Shown here piece by piece: positions 11,926 through 26,299 of a stretch of DNA of 64,000 nt. Position numbers and translations under genes: made by a program. This DNA is from the human T2T-CHM13v2.0 reference genome, Homo sapiens. The first letter of the stretch is position 1. Every line of letters starts with the position of its first letter. The stretch lies in NCBI RefSeq assembly GCF_009914755.1, contig NC_060935.1, one strand, 5' to 3'. The notes beneath the pieces were generated by a model. That model searched no databases and was not told the DNA's origin. It was given only the letters and a program-made list of their open reading frames with translations.

Positions 11926-14900
11926 AAAATCTGCGAGGAAAAGTCCGTTTCCAAATGAAAATATCTAGTAAGGATTTAAGAACAAGGTGACATTTGACTT
12001 GGGCCTTGAAGGATGAGCAGGCTTTTTAGGCCACCTAGTTCAGTTTGCTGAGCTTTGATTCTTGAGGCTGGGAATGCATATAGCTTTCTTCATTTTCACT
12101 TCCTACCCCTATAGCTGGAAGATTTCCTAGGCTCCCTGTTCCAATAATTATTCAAATAAATAAGACAAAGTTCCATCTCTCAAGGAGTTTGTGGTCTAGT
12201 AGGGAGGATAAGTTTTGAATGTGTACAAATATTCATAAAACATTCATGAATGTGATATGCACAATGAAAGTAGAGCAAAGCAGGAAAAATTCCACTTGGA
12301 GGCATTGAATACTACTACTTGGAGACAGGTAGCATTTTGAGAAGGCAGAGCTAGGGCCAAAAGTGGAGAGGGGCTCTGGGTAGAGGAATCAACATGGACA
12401 AAACCACGGGAGTGGGCATTTACAAAGCCAACTAACTGGAAGAAATACCCTCCAGGCTGGCCAATGTCCTAAACGCCAGGACAATGGGGTGGTGGGACAA
12501 AATGGGAAACTTCCTGAAATAGAGGACCTTCAGAAAGGGGGGGGCACAGAATAAGAGAGCAGCATTGTTTTCTTCTCACTAAAACCTTCTCTGAAGGTTC
12601 AGCCCTAAGAGCCATCACTAACGTGCAGTGATCTTTGGAAGGCCTCTAGGAGGTTGCCTCTGCTTTTCATATCTCACAATGAACCTCAAAGATTTGCAAA
12701 GTGTGCAGCCTTCTCTGCCCCATCTGTCCCCAATTTCACCCACAGGGCATATAGATTTGCAATCTTGGTGGCTACCTCCTCCTTCTCAATAAAAAGCAGA
12801 CAATTCTAGGAAAGGTTTGGAGATCCTGAAGACCTTGGATTCTGTAAGAAAGCCTGATCTGGGATATTGCCTCCATCCATGGAGATGTCCCCCAGCCCCA
12901 TGGGACTCAGGGCCACCATTTCCTGGGGCCCAGGGACAAGCACAGCCAGCCCTGACCATCTACTCTGCCTGGACCTCCTTCATTGACCTTGTCCCATTAT
13001 TCTTATGACTTGGTCATTTTCAGATCAATCTATCCTCAGAATAATATATCAGCTGTTATGGTGAGAGTGACAACAATGAGGAATATGATGATGATTATTG
13101 TTAGTTTTCATTTTGTCAGATTTTGCTTTGTTTTGTTTGTTCAAATTGCTGTTGCTGGGGACTTATTTCCTGAAGCCAAAGTTTCCTGCCTTTCACTCAC
13201 TTCACACTTTGACTCATTTATTTTTCCTATTTCCCCAAAGACCTTTTGACACTTTGAAAAGTGTTTTACTTAGATACAATCCTGGTCTCTTACCTTGTGT
13301 TTCTTCCATTTCTCCCTTCTTGCTTTTTATTAATAAATCATAAAGAAAGTGTTTCCAGGCACACATCACTCACTGAGTAATAAAACCTGGGGTGGAGGGC
13401 AGAATGGAGCAGAGAAGTAGAGGCTGGGGAGCCACAGGAAAGCCTTTCCTGAGCAGTGCGCCACATGTAGGTGTGAGAAAAGCCATGAGAGAAGAGCCCC
13501 AAGCAGCGTGGCTTCATGGGGCCACTAGGGCCTCCTTCACACCAGCTGGGAGATCTCACCCACTGGGAGATGGGCTAGACTTTGCAATTTTGCAATACTC
13601 TGCTTATGCAGATGAAATCACAGGCTCCTGGATGTCAATGCTAGAAGAAAGCATGCAGATCCTCTCCTTCAGCTTTTACAGATGAGGACACTGGGGTTAA
13701 TGACTTAGCCTAGATGAGTCTGTTAGAAGCAGATGCTAGATCAGAATCCAAGTCCAGGGCTTTCCAACACAGATTTTAGTGTTTCCTTTGAGGCATGAAG
13801 TGATGAACCCTGAGAGCCCACCCCAAGCCCTCTTCTTACATGTCTCACTTTCCCTGGGGGCCACTGTCATCAACACTCTGACAACTCCAGGTCTCCCTTC
13901 TCGCCGCAATTCTACACTCACAGGTGCATTTAATTAATTACAAGACATTTCGACCTGAATGACTCACAGGCACCTCAAGCTCTTTCTTTAATCTCCTAGT
14001 AGTTATCACTGTTAAAACTTACTCAGTAACTAAACTATAAAATCTCAGATTTCTTTAAACTGTTCTCTATTCCCAGAAACCACATTCTACATTGAAAACT
14101 CTCTCAAAGCCACCCTTCCATCTCTCAGTTCCCATTGCCAGTTCTGCATTCCAGGCCTCCTCGTTCCTCTCCTAGCCTGCTTGTCTCTCTGCCTTTAGGC
14201 TCTACCCTCTCCAAGGCGCCTTTCAAATTCTACCAAAGACATTTTCCTACAACTCAAGCCAGACCATGTTCTTCCTATGGCTAAAAACGTAATCACCCCC
14301 ATGAAGGCAGATCAGGCTTGCAGGAAAGAGGCTGGGGCGTGTAGAAGAAAACCACTAGCACAGGGTCTGCGCCTGAGCTCTCAGCTAGTGTTTGATGAAT
14401 GACTGAATTGTTAATGAGAGCACAGGAGGGCTGCACAGAGAAATGGAAAAATCATGGCCTTGCAAACATTTCCCAGCCCTGCCACGTACGGTTGACTGCA
14501 GGCAAATACTGAGCCACTTGGAAATGCAGATTCTTAAAAGAAGGTGACACTTAATACCACTCCACTTAGCTCACAGATTGGCATAAGGATCCTTGAGAAA
14601 AAGGTGAGGGCATAGAACAACATGCAAAGAGAAACTATTGTTATGTCCATTTTGGAAAGTCTGAGGACACTCATGTCCTGATTAGATGGCAAGTGCGGTC
14701 CTGGACAAGTCACTTCTCCTTTCTGGATTTGGAATGACATCTATAGAATGACAATGTCGGACAAAAATATCTCAAACCCCATCCTGTGCTGACTTCCTGG
14801 GATTTTATGTTCGGATCCAAGGCTCCCAGGTGTCCTCAAGGAGGCTTGCTTATTAGCTGTTCAGTCTGCTGTCAAGAGCTGGGACCCGGCTCCCATCTCC

Positions 14901-16052
14901 AGATTTAACCTTACTACGCGGGCTTCTGCTTTCAGCTACTAATAAAGAATGAGAACTCAGATTTAAATCTCATTCTTTTCTTCTTCCATCACATGTGACA
15001 CAAGTTTCAATCAACCAACCTAGGTGGTTAACTTAAAAAAAAAATAAGTTGGGAAAAATTATAATTAAAAAGCAAATTGGACCTCGTTATCAAAAATGCC
15101 TTAATTATCCCCCAAGGCTGGCTCTGGTACACATGCATCAAAGGGCCCAGCAACCCCAGATCAAAGCTTGGAGCTGGGTGTTGTGGCCAACTCCTCGCTT
15201 GTTTCCATAGCAGTTGTGTTCAAAGGAACAAAAGCTCTGAGTCCACAGCCTGGAAAAACTCTGGAAACCTCCAACCTGATTCTCTAGGGCTCCTCCAGCC
15301 ACCTCCTAGGGAGCAAAGAGTAAACTTCAGCAGGGAAGATCCTCAGGGAAATTAGGCTCTCTCCTTTCCCTGGAAAAGGTTTGGGCCTAGAGGATTTGAG
15401 ATCGAGAATGGGAATACAAGCAAGGGTTACCCTGGGGATTCTGAAATTGGGGTTAAAAACCCCAAGCATTCAGATCAAGCAAACAAATCAAATGCATAAA
15501 TGCAAATCATTCACACTGATAAATTGGGTGCCTATGAAACTACAAGTCAGCTATTTGTGACCATTGCATTCTATATGGTAATAGCTGCTAGTTCCTGCTC
15601 ACAAATCTTCAATCACTCCCCACTGCTTCCAGAAAGAAGTCTGACCCTTCATTCTGGCCTTGGAGGGCTCTTACAATTTGCCTATCACAGACATTTTCAT
15701 CTTTCTTTTCCACAGTCCCTGAATTCCAGACAAACCATTTAATTCACATTCTCTACTGATTTCCCATGCTTTTAGAGATTCCTAGGTTCTACACACTTGC
15801 TTTTCCTGTGATCCTACTGTCTTGTGTATTCTTTTTCCATTAGTCAAAATCCTCCCTGGCCACAGGTAACTCTGTGTTTCTCGTATAGCACTAATTTATT
15901 TATTCAGCACACTTTTGGGGGGATTCTCTCATGGACAAGACCCCATTCAAAGGCCTTTGAACACAAAGAGGAGTAAGAATGTCCCCACCAGAAGAGTTCA
16001 TACTCTAGTGCAGGAGATAGACATGCATTCAGTAGCTACATTAAAGTATAAA

Positions 16053-16326
16053 GGCCAGGCATGGTGGCTCACTCTGGTAATCCCAGTTCTTTGGAAGGCC
16101 AAGGTGGGCAGATCATGAGGTCAGGAGTTCAAGACCAGCCTGACCAATATGGTGAAACCCCATCTCTACTAAAAATACAAAAATTAGCTGGACGTGGTGG
16201 TGCACACCTGTAATCCCAGCTACTTGGGAGGCTGAGGCAGGAGAATTGCTTGAACCCAGGAGGTGGAGGTTGTGGTGAGCCGAGATTTGACAGAGCAAGA
16301 CTCTGTCTCAAAAAAAAAAAAAAAAA
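16053..16326 (+). mobile_element. AluS (Sg-like) with ~22-bp deletion in right arm
   Basis: gatcatgaggtcaggagttc; gagatt joined to tgacagagc; approximate TSD aaagtat(a/g)aa. Confidence 0.9.
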
Positions 16327-16344
16327 GTATGAAAAATACTATCA

Positions 16345-16552
16345 CCAGTGCTGTCGGGAAATATGTGAGTCACAAAAGTAATTTAAAATTTTCTAGTAGC
16401 TACTTTTTAAAAAGGTATAAAAGAAACAGGTAAAAAATAAATTTTATTTAATTCAATAAATCCAAAATGTTATCATTTTCATGGCACTAGAAATATTTCA
16501 AGTACACAAGAGCCACATGTGGTTAGTGGATTCTATATCAAAATGGCACAGA
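16345..16552. mobile_element. MER33/MER3-like hAT-Charlie MITE
   Basis: cagtgctgtc..aattttctagtagc..gagccacatgtggttagtgg. Confidence 0.7.
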
Positions 16553-16909
16553 TATTGCCAGGGAAGTAATGCATTTAGTCTAGGGAGTTGGGAAGGCTTC
16601 GTGGGAACTTGGTAGATGAGTGGGTTTTATTTGGTGGAGAAAGGATGAAATGCTTTCCAATCAAAGGGAAGAGTCTGTAGGAAAGGCAGAAAGGAGAAAA
16701 GAGCATGGCATGTCCATAGGCGTGTGGGGTAGCAGGCAGGATGCACTCTGAGGAGTGACTAGAGGTGAGCTTGAAAGGGAGGCCTCGTGTGTCCTCCGGT
16801 GGAACGTGCAGAACTCATGCAATCTTCTCTGTGATTGAAGATGATCTTGGCACCTAAGCTAAGAATGGGCTGGAGGTAAGAAGGACTCCAGGGCTAGGTG
16901 GGAGCCTCT

Positions 16910-18370
16910 TGCCTAGATTAGTGCTATTGCCTCCTAATTTGTCTCCTTGCTTCTGTCCCTAATTCATTGTGGTCTCTTTTCAACACCACAATCTGAGAGG
17001 TCTGGCTAAGCTGTAAATTCGATGCCGCTTGTCTGCTTAAACCCCCAGGACGTCTATCTCACTCATAGTAAAAGCCATGGTTTTTGGAATAGCCCATAGT
17101 GGCAGACAGGGCTGGACATTATGTGCCCTGCCTACCCCCATTACCTCTATAACATCATTTCCCCTCTATTCTCCCCCATTTACACTGGCATTCTATTATT
17201 TTTCAAACATGGCAGGCATATTCCCTCTTCAGGGCCTTTGCACTCACTTGCTGTTTCCTCTGCCTGAAATGCCCCTTACCTGGATATTGCATGGCACACT
17301 CCCTCGCAGGCCCCAAATCTTTCTCAAATGTCACTTTCTTCATAAGACTTTCTTTGGCCATGCTGTCTAAACTGCTTTTTCCTCTTTTTTGCTCTATTTT
17401 TCTCCTTAGCCCTTAGCACTGGCTAACATACTAAATGTTACTTATGTATCTTGTTTCTTACCCAGTAGAGTTGAATATCCAAGAGGAAAGGTTTTTTCTT
17501 TGTTGTAATCACTGCTGTTTCCAGCACCATGTCTGGCATGTAGTAGGCAATCAATGGATCTTGGTGGAATGAATGGATAGAGACAGGCAGGCCCAGGGTG
17601 TCAAGAGAGCTGTGGGAAGGGGCATCTAAGCCACTTTGTCTGGAGGGGAGGAGGACAGGAAAGTTTTCCTGGCAGAGGAAAAACCTGAGATGTAAGAGTT
17701 CAAACAGGCTATGAGAAGAGGAGATGGTAGGGAGGGCATGACAAGCAGAAGGGACAGCAAGAGCAAAGACAAGGAGGAAAGAAACACCATGGCACATGAA
17801 ACTGCACACAGCTTGGTTTGTTGGAGTTAAAAGTGCATGCTGGGGAGGGGCGGAAGACGAGGCTGGAGAAGTAGGCTGGGGCTAGATTACAGAGAGCTGT
17901 AGCCAGTCGTTCCATGGCAGGGGGCTTTGACTGGAAATAGTCTCAGGTATGGCTTGATCTGCTTTTCAAGTAGTTCATTCTTGCATTTGTCCAGAGATCA
18001 CACATGGGAAAGACAGAGCAAAGCCAAGACCATCAGTTGAGGAGGTTATTGTGGAAGGCCAGGGATGAGACAATGAGAGCCCAGGCCAGAGTGGTGGTAG
18101 TAGAAATAGAGAGGAAATGGGAGAATTGAGAGAAAGATAAAATTGGCAAGATTTGGCAATTGACTGCTGTAGGAGAAAGTTGCATCTCTGGTTTAGGTGC
18201 TGGTCCTGCCAAGTGAAACAGCAAAATGACAATAGGAATGAATTTGAGAAGAAAGGTTATTACATGAGACAGTTCCATGAATATATCCAGGATATGCTCA
18301 GACATATTAGTTTGAAACCGGGGCCAGTGATGCTGGCTAAAGAAATATTTTGGGAATCAGTAGCAGGTAG
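16910..18370. mobile_element. L2 fragments in opposite orientations
   Basis: cagggcctttgcact..gctgtttcctctgcctgaaatg; cagcaccatgtctggcatgtagtagg; purine-rich L2 body after 17580. Confidence 0.6.
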
Positions 18371-21300
18371 ATGATAAGAGGAGCCTGTGTGAGTCAAATA
18401 TAAGGGACAGGCACCCAAAGCAGCCTGTGATGGCTGAGGCAGTGAGTGGGGAATAGAAGTAGAATAATCATGTAGAGAAATTTACATCACCGTGAGGGAC
18501 ACAGTGTTGAACATGCCATCCAAAGGGCAAAGGAGAGATGGAGGGTTAGGGCAGGAAAGCAAGAATTAGCGGAAAGGTCAAAATCTGATGAATGAGCAAA
18601 TCTGGTACAAAAAATATGTCAGGGAGGGTGGCTTAAGTCTGGGACCATGAGCAGCAAATAGGGTGAATCCTGAGGGAGGATATAGTAGCCTAAAGGAGCT
18701 ATTGTCCAACAGACGCATTGGTTTTCATACTCTTTCTAGCCACAGAACCTCTTCCTTCAAATAGCTTCTAGAAGGCTATTAACTAAAACAAATAACAAGT
18801 AGAGCTGCTCTCATTGAAGCTGGTTTGGACCCCAAACATAACAAGTAGCTCCTACCTTTCCTCCCATCCTTGGAAAGTTCCTGAAACACAGGAAGATTGA
18901 AAACTGTTTGTGTAGTGTAAAGAATGGTGGACTGCATGCTGTTCATCTATTAACCAAACTGCATGCAGCTGGGAGTCTGGAGATTGCCAGCCCCAGGTCC
19001 ACCTCCAACTACTTTGTGACGTAAGCAAGATGCTTTCCCTCCTCTATGAGCATAAGACATGGCAGGGGCACAAGATCTTTGTATCGGCCCCTTTCTGCAC
19101 TAATATTCTGCAGGAATGCAAAGGACACAAAAATGGCTAAAGATAAGGTCAGCCAGTCCTGCAGGTCCTCTCTCTCCCCCAGTGCCATTTATCCCTCTGC
19201 CCACCCTCCTCTCCAAGCTTTAGGAAAGGCTCTCCACTTTTAAAGCACTGCCTTTAACACCTTGTTACCTTTAACAATAACATTTTTACCAGCCTGGTCA
19301 TATTTTTGTCTTCCCTGCCCAATGACTATATTTTCCAAGAAAACAAGCTCCTTCAAAATGCACTGCCCTCTGCCAAGCAGGGGAGTGCCACATTATCTGC
19401 GGTGGGCACCAGCATTAAGGAGGAAATGATTTTCTTTCATCTGTCCAAGTAAATCTTTCCCCAACACTTGTCAAGCTGATTGCTGCCAATTTCCAGCTAG
19501 AGAAACACAGCCATTTAGACGGGGAGACATTAGTAACTAGAAGATACTTACAACATTTAAAACGGGGCTTTGCCTTTTCCTTTTTTTTTTTTTCTTCAGG
19601 TTGTGTATTTTTTATTTTTTTTTCAGTGTTTGCCAGCACTGCTGTTTAGGAGGAGGGAAGTGGAATATGTGTGTTTAATACACACACATAATAAAAATAT
19701 GTTAAGATAATATGCATGTAATACACACACCATATATGTAAATACAAATGTTTGTCTTCATGTACTTAACGCATGTATACATATATAGTATGCATATATA
19801 ATGCATGGGGGGAGAGAGAGAGACAGAGAGAGAGATGGATAGAGAGGGAGAGAACCCTCCCTTTTGAGCTCATGGCCCTTCATCGCTGTCCAGACATAAA
19901 AGGAAGCAGAAAGCCTAGCAGGCGTGTGCTAAGCTTCCATCCTGGCCTCTGTGCTGATTCTCCGTATTGTATGTGCCAGGCACTTCCACATTTACCTCTT
20001 GCAACTCAAGCATGGGAGAAGGAGAAAAAAAAATAAAACACTTCCTCCAAAGAGCGTAGCCACGGGAATCACAGGACTAAGAGCAAATAATGATTTCCTC
20101 CTCTACTTTTTAAGTAAATACTGCTGCACAATGAGCTATTGGGCAGGACAGGTGCAAAATAATAGACTCTTTTTCTGGTCTCCCTAGCCCCCATGAGACC
20201 ACTGTTAACTGCATCAGGTACTCAATTTTCTTTTGTTATTTAAATATGTGTTTGTGGATTCCTGGGGGGCAGGGGAAGAGGGGGGGAGTCCTGTTCTAGA
20301 ATCACCAAGAGAATGGCTTAATTTGTATTTTTGCTTTATTAATGGAAAACTACCTGTTGGTCCCGGGATTTCTCTACCCAGGGGAGCTTTTAATGCATCT
20401 GTCCAATGCAATGGGGCTTGGGGGGAAAAACCCACTCTTATCAGCAAAGTCTTGTGGGGAAGGGAAGCACACCCAGTGGAAATAGCTGGGACTGTCAGAG
20501 AGGGAACTGGACTCCTGCTGGGATTTGGGCAAGCCCCTGGACCTCCCAGGCCTCAGTTTCCTCTTCCATGAGAATGGGAGAATAATGCATATCTTACCTA
20601 TTTCAAAGCACTCATGATGAGGTTATTTTAACCTCATGATAGCTTTGAAATACCTTAATGCCTCAAAAGGGTAAAGAGACACAGTAGTAAGAAAAATGCA
20701 AGGGGTTCTTAATAACGTTTTCATTCAATTGGGTATAATTAATCATTTCTCATTTTCTATTCTGAAAGCAGTTTGTCACTTCAGGTAAAGTCAGACACAA
20801 TCCCAGAAGCATCTGGCTGGAGAGGACATGAGAGCTCATCTCATTCAGAATCTCACTTCCAGATTAAATCACGTGGTGATGGATTCAGGTCTTTGCACCA
20901 TACATCCCTCACAAGTATCTCTCATTATCAAAGGGGGAAAAAAAGTCTAGAGAGAAAACCTGAAGCCTCAAGCAAATATTTCTGAAAATATTTTACTGCC
21001 CTTGTTAATTGAAAAATATATAGATTATCTCCCATTTGCCCACCCCTTGTGCATCTACAAAATAAGAGCTATTTGTACAATCTGAGGTGGGAAACATGAG
21101 GGTGATATTTATTCTGTGTCCAGCCCCCTTTCCTTGCTCTTCCATGGTGGCAAAGCTACAGAAGTAATCCTCCAGGAGGCAAATACAGTAGATCAGGTAG
21201 ATCTTCCAAGGATGGGATCTGTCTTTACATTTACAAGGTTTTGAGATTTGAGTATGAATATGGAGCTATTCTTTTCTTACTCTTTATATAGCACTGAATC

Positions 21301-22378
21301 AATTCATGGAAAGTTTGAGGGGCTAGAGGAGTCTTTCCCTAGGTGTGAGCTGAATGATCTCTGATCTGCTTTTTGGAGCATTACCCTCCTGGAAGCCCCA
21401 GCTCTCCAATGACAGCTTCCTTCACACTGCTCTTTCACACTGCCCATCACCAGTATTTACTAGTTGGGCTGGTCCCTTGGGGTGAAAGAGCTGCTGAGTA
21501 CAGGTGGGCACTAAGGCTAGGGGACCAAGGTCTGCACTGGAGCCACACTGGGGAGGCACAGTGCACCTAGCAGCTAGGGCTCACCTGGTCCCCCAGATCA
21601 TCTTCCCTTATCCAGGCTAGCCTTGCGCCAATGCTTACTTTTCTTCTCAGAGGGATCCCTAGAGAAAAAGAACCTACACTACCCAGAAATCCAAATTTAT
21701 ATTTGTTACTTGGTAAACTTTGCCCAGTTTTTTTCTTCACCTCTGTCCTCCTGGCTTCTATGTGAATAATATATTAATTCATTAGCATTCATTAAAAACT
21801 CTGTTCAATTTGGTTGAGCAAATTAGCAGAAACTGTGGCATTTAGTTCGAAGGCCAGGGAAATTTTGAGGAAAAAAAAGGGGAAGGTTCAGGGACATGTC
21901 CACAGGTGAGGGTACTAGGAGTAGGGGTCAGGCCCATTGGGCACTGCGGTCAAGAGCTCTGATCACCTGGGGGCACCTCTGAGCACCTTGGGTGCTGATG
22001 GGATGGGAGGTGCAGTCCATAGGATACCCGTCCATCTGTGTGATAGACACAGAAACCAGTGCATTGAAGACAAACTTTATCTACCTCACTGTTTTGTATA
22101 TGGATAGATCTGACTTTTTCACTAGTCTGGAGCAAGTGGAGTACAGGATTTCAGTAGAGACATTGCACTCACTTTGGTGTCAGAGAGCTGAATTTTAGTT
22201 GTGATTCTGTAATGTCCTAGCTATGTGACTTTGAGTTTGCTATTTAATCATCAAGCCATAGTTCCTTTATCTGAGAAACAGTGATAATGATAATCCCTAC
22301 CTTGTAAGGTGATTCTGATGAAACAATGAACAGAAACTTGAAAAGTACTGGCATATAAGTGGTTCCCAAAATTAGACA

Positions 22379-22724
22379 TTGTCTTAGTTCTGGCAGCTAT
22401 AACAGAATACCATTGACTGGGTTGCTTAAGCAACAGACATTTATTTCTCATAGTTCTGGAGGCTGGGAAGTCCTAGATCAGGGTGCCAGCATGGTCAGAT
22501 TCTGGTGAGGGACTGCTTTCCTGGTTTGCAGGTGACATTCTTCTTGATGTGTTTTCATGTGGGGGAGATCAAAGAGAGGAAGCAAGCTCTCTAGTATCTG
22601 TTCTTACAGGACACTAATCCCTCATAATAATCACTTCCAAAAGGCCCCACCTCCCAATACTACCACACTGGGGATTAGGCAGCAACATATGAATTCTGGG
22701 GAGACACAGACATTCAGTTCATAG
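22379..22724 (-). mobile_element. MLT1A-like MaLR solo LTR
   Basis: tgtcttagtt..ttctcatagttctggaggctgggaagtcc..gacattcagttcatag. Confidence 0.85.
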
Positions 22725-22929
22725 TTAGTATTGTTATAACCTATCTCCTTCCCCTCATTATTTAAAAGGCTCTCCACTTTTAGACACACTATTGAAAATA
22801 CATTTTAGAATGATCTCCTCCATCCAGCCTGCTTTTCTAATATAGTTCTTGACATCAACAGAACCTCTGGGAAAGATTAAAGAAAACTCTTAGCATCAAG
22901 AAAAAGTTAAATGTCTCCTTAGATATACG

Positions 22930-24925
22930 GGCCAAAGATACAAACATCTAATTTACAAAAAAAGAGACATAAGTGTTCAATAAACCAAACACACACACAC
23001 ACACACATACACACACACAAAACTTCAGCCTTGATAGTAATAAAGATGCAAACAAAAATCAATTAAATTATACTTTTCATTTTCCAAAATGATAAAAGAT
23101 TTAAGATGTGATGAGGTTAAGTGTTGTCAAGGGTGTGGAGGGGCAATATACTCATACACTGTTAATGTGAGTATAAACTGATAGCACCTTTCTAAAGAGC
23201 AATATAGCAAAATGAATCAATAGCCCACCCTTTGTACTAAATTGACCCACTAATAAAACAAACAAGAAAACCTAGAAATAGACTCAAATACATATAATAA
23301 TTTGGTGTATGATAAAGATAACATTTCAAGTTAATGGAGTGAAGATGAATTATCAGTGAACGTAGTTGGGACAACTGGGTAGCCATCTGATAAAATATTG
23401 AGTTTCTAGCTCGCTTCATGTGCCAAAATAAATTTCAGATGGATCAAATATACAAATGTGAAAGAGGAATCCATAAAAGTACTATGAGAAAACATGGGAA
23501 CAATCATTAATAATCTCAGTGAACAAGGTTTTTCTACTAAGATGCCTTAAAATTTGTTTCTATAAATATATGATTTATTAGGTGATATAAGACAATAAAA
23601 ATATTATTGTGTGAAATCCAGCCCATGTTTGTGATAACCGTGACTGATATTTCTGTAAACAGATTCATCTGCCAACTTGGATTTGCAAGTAAAAAAGTTT
23701 CGATGAGCTGCTTTGATTCCATCACGCATTTGGAAATGCCTTCCACAGAGAAACATGGCTGTAACATGGGCAGATTATGATCCAATGGTGAAAATCTGTA
23801 TTTGACACTGGATTCAAAGAAACTTCTATTTTGCCTATATCCTGGCTTCTCTGCCTCTGAATATGTAGGGAAGAGTGAGGAGAAGCAGTCAACTGGGAAA
23901 AAAATTTCTTCTCAATTTTCTACCGTTTCTTATCTAAAACCACTGGGTTTTAAAATTTTCGGGGAGGGTAATACTGTAAATACTTTGTATATTATGAAAC
24001 CTCAAGCAGCATCAGGGGAACATTCTATAACCAAATACATTGTTATTTCTGCAGCATACAAATGAATATTCACAGCCAGCGAGATGGATAAAACCACACA
24101 TTCATCCAAGTCAAAAGTTTTACACTAAATGAGTTTTAGCAATGAATTTGTGAAAATGCTTTCAGTTCTGAGTATTATGGATAACAGAATGGGGGCTAAA
24201 ATGTAAAGAGTAACTACAAATCAATAAAGAAAAAACAACGATCCATTAGAAAATGGGCAATGATATAAATAATTCACAGAAAAAGAAATACAAATGGCCC
24301 TCAGATGAATGAAAAAGGTTATCAACCAGTCCCATTACTAATAAAATAAATGCAAAATAAAACTACAAGATAAAATTTTTAAATATCAGATGGATAAACA
24401 TCTGAAAGTTTGAGAGGATATTGGTGTTGAGAGTGTAAGCAAACATGCAGTCTTTTATGTTGCTAGTAGACACACATTGTGGTACAACTTCTAAGGAGAT
24501 CTATTTAACAAAATCAACACAAATTTAATTAAGTATGCTATTTCACATCTAGGAGTTTATTCTAGATATATCCAATGATAGGTTAAATACATCATGTTAT
24601 AATATACACACAACATACAGTACAGTATTAAGCAACACCTAAAAAGAATGTGATAGATCTTTATGTGCTGATATAAAACAATACCCAAGGTATGCTGTTA
24701 AGAAAGCAAACAACAACCAAAGAACACCAAGGTGGAGTATACACTGGGTTTACTAAGGTACAACTTGTAGAAAGGGAAAGGAAAATTTGATGAAATTGCC
24801 ACTTTTATAGGTCAAAATGATAATGTACATTAAACAAAGTAACAGTGGTTGGCCCTGGGTAGGAAAACTGAGTGTTTGGGATACAGGAATATGACAGAGA
24901 TTTTTCAGCACATATGTATTTTCAT
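22930..24925 (+). mobile_element. Old L1M ORF2-3'/3'UTR fragments, discontinuous
   Basis: Degraded L1 motifs (gggacaactgggtagccatct; aaatgggcaa..aattcacagaaaaagaaatacaaatggcc); (CA)n at 22988-23019. Confidence 0.65.
23925..24195. mobile_element. Ancient Tigger-derived MITE (MamRep434/Tigger15-like)
   Basis: cttatctaaaaccactggg..ttatttctgcagc..tgaatattcaca..aaatgagtt; resemblance from memory only. Confidence 0.45.
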
Positions 24926-25104
24926 ATATATCATATATATATATATATGCTTGAATTAAACAAATATTAGGTCTCATCCTATCTTCTTAATCTCTTTCAT
25001 ATTTTCATTTTTTATTCTCTGCTGCTTTAGGGGTAATATCTCTCTGAGCTATTTTCTAGTTCACTAATTCTCTTTTATTTTTATACAGAGAGATTTTTGT
25101 GAGA

Positions 25105-25400
25105 TTTTATATATATGTATATTATATATGTAACAAATGTATATGTATATATGTATATTTTATATATGTATATTATATGTATATTTTTTATATATGTGTA
25201 TTATATATGTATATTATACATATGTATACTTTATATATATGTATATTATGTATATGTATACTTTATATATATGTATATTATATATGTATACTTTATATGT
25301 ATATTATATATATGTATACTTTATATATATGTATATTATATATGTATACTTTATATATATGTATATTATATATATGTATACTTTATATATATATGTATAT
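25105..25400. repeat. AT-rich minisatellite, ~26-32 bp unit
   Basis: Alternating atatgtatacttt / atatgtatatt units. Confidence 0.92.
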
Positions 25401-25789
25401 GGAGAGAGCGAGAGGGAGGGAGTGAGAGAAAGAAGCCCTTTTGTATTTTGGCTTAGGTGCTATTGCTACAGAAATAAGAAAAAATAAAAGATTTATTCAC
25501 ATCAGGATTTAGAGGATCAATCTAAACATTCAACAGCAATAGTAATAGGTTAGTTAAATAAATAATGATATCTTTATGATGGACTAACATGCAGCCATCA
25601 GAAATCAAGTTGTAGAAGAATGTTTATACTCATGGAAAATAGTTTATGGTGTATTAACAATTTTAAAACATAGACTTTCTAGTTGCCATATTCATAAAAA
25701 TAAAAAAGTTAAAATGATATATAACCATGTAAGTCAATGTACCTAGGAAAAGACAGGAAGTGTCTATATGAAAATATTCTTCTCACAAT

Positions 25790-26275
25790 TATTCAGTGAG
25801 TTCTTATTGTGCATGAGGAATTCTTCAGGCTGCTAGGCATAGAAGTCTGAACAAAATACTTACAGTTCTGGTATTCATGGAGCATAGTTTAGCAGAAGAC
25901 ATGCAGAAACAAGAGAGAAAAAATAAAATTGTATGAGAAAGAATTTTAAGAATTACTCCAGACTGGGTGGTTAGAGAAGCTTCATTGAGGAGGTGACATT
26001 TAGGTTAGCCTAAATGGTCCTAGGACCTGAAGGATAAGGAGCTAGTCATGTGGAAAGAGGTAGATGAACATTCCAGGCAGGTGGAGCAGTGTCTGCAGAG
26101 ATGGGAAAAAGTGTACTGTGTTCATGGCCATGAGAGAGGTCCAGTGAATGCAGAGCAAGGGAGAGAGGGAGAGAGCAGCACATGTGAAGATGGAAAAGGG
26201 AGGTCAGACGTAGCTCATACAGGAGCTTAGAGCTAAAACAAGGAATTAAGATTTGGTTATAAATGCAGTGTTGTT
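25790..26275 (-). mobile_element. L2 remnant
   Basis: gcttcattgaggaggtgacattt..gaaggataaggagctag..ttccaggcag. Confidence 0.6.
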
Positions 26276-26299
26276 GAGAGTTCAGCTGTCATTATAACT

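Noticed and set aside
19359-19390. CTCF-like motif (also near 59690 and 59762)
   Set aside because: Only partial matches by eye; needs PWM scoring and ChIP.
20611-20640. 9-bp perfect hairpin atgaggtta-ttt-taacctcat
   Set aside because: Short enough to arise by chance or a trivial local template switch; no RNA-gene context.
25099-25487. Three overlapping Y/I/C/M-rich ORFs of 108-116 aa
   Set aside because: Artefact of the AT minisatellite lacking in-frame stops.
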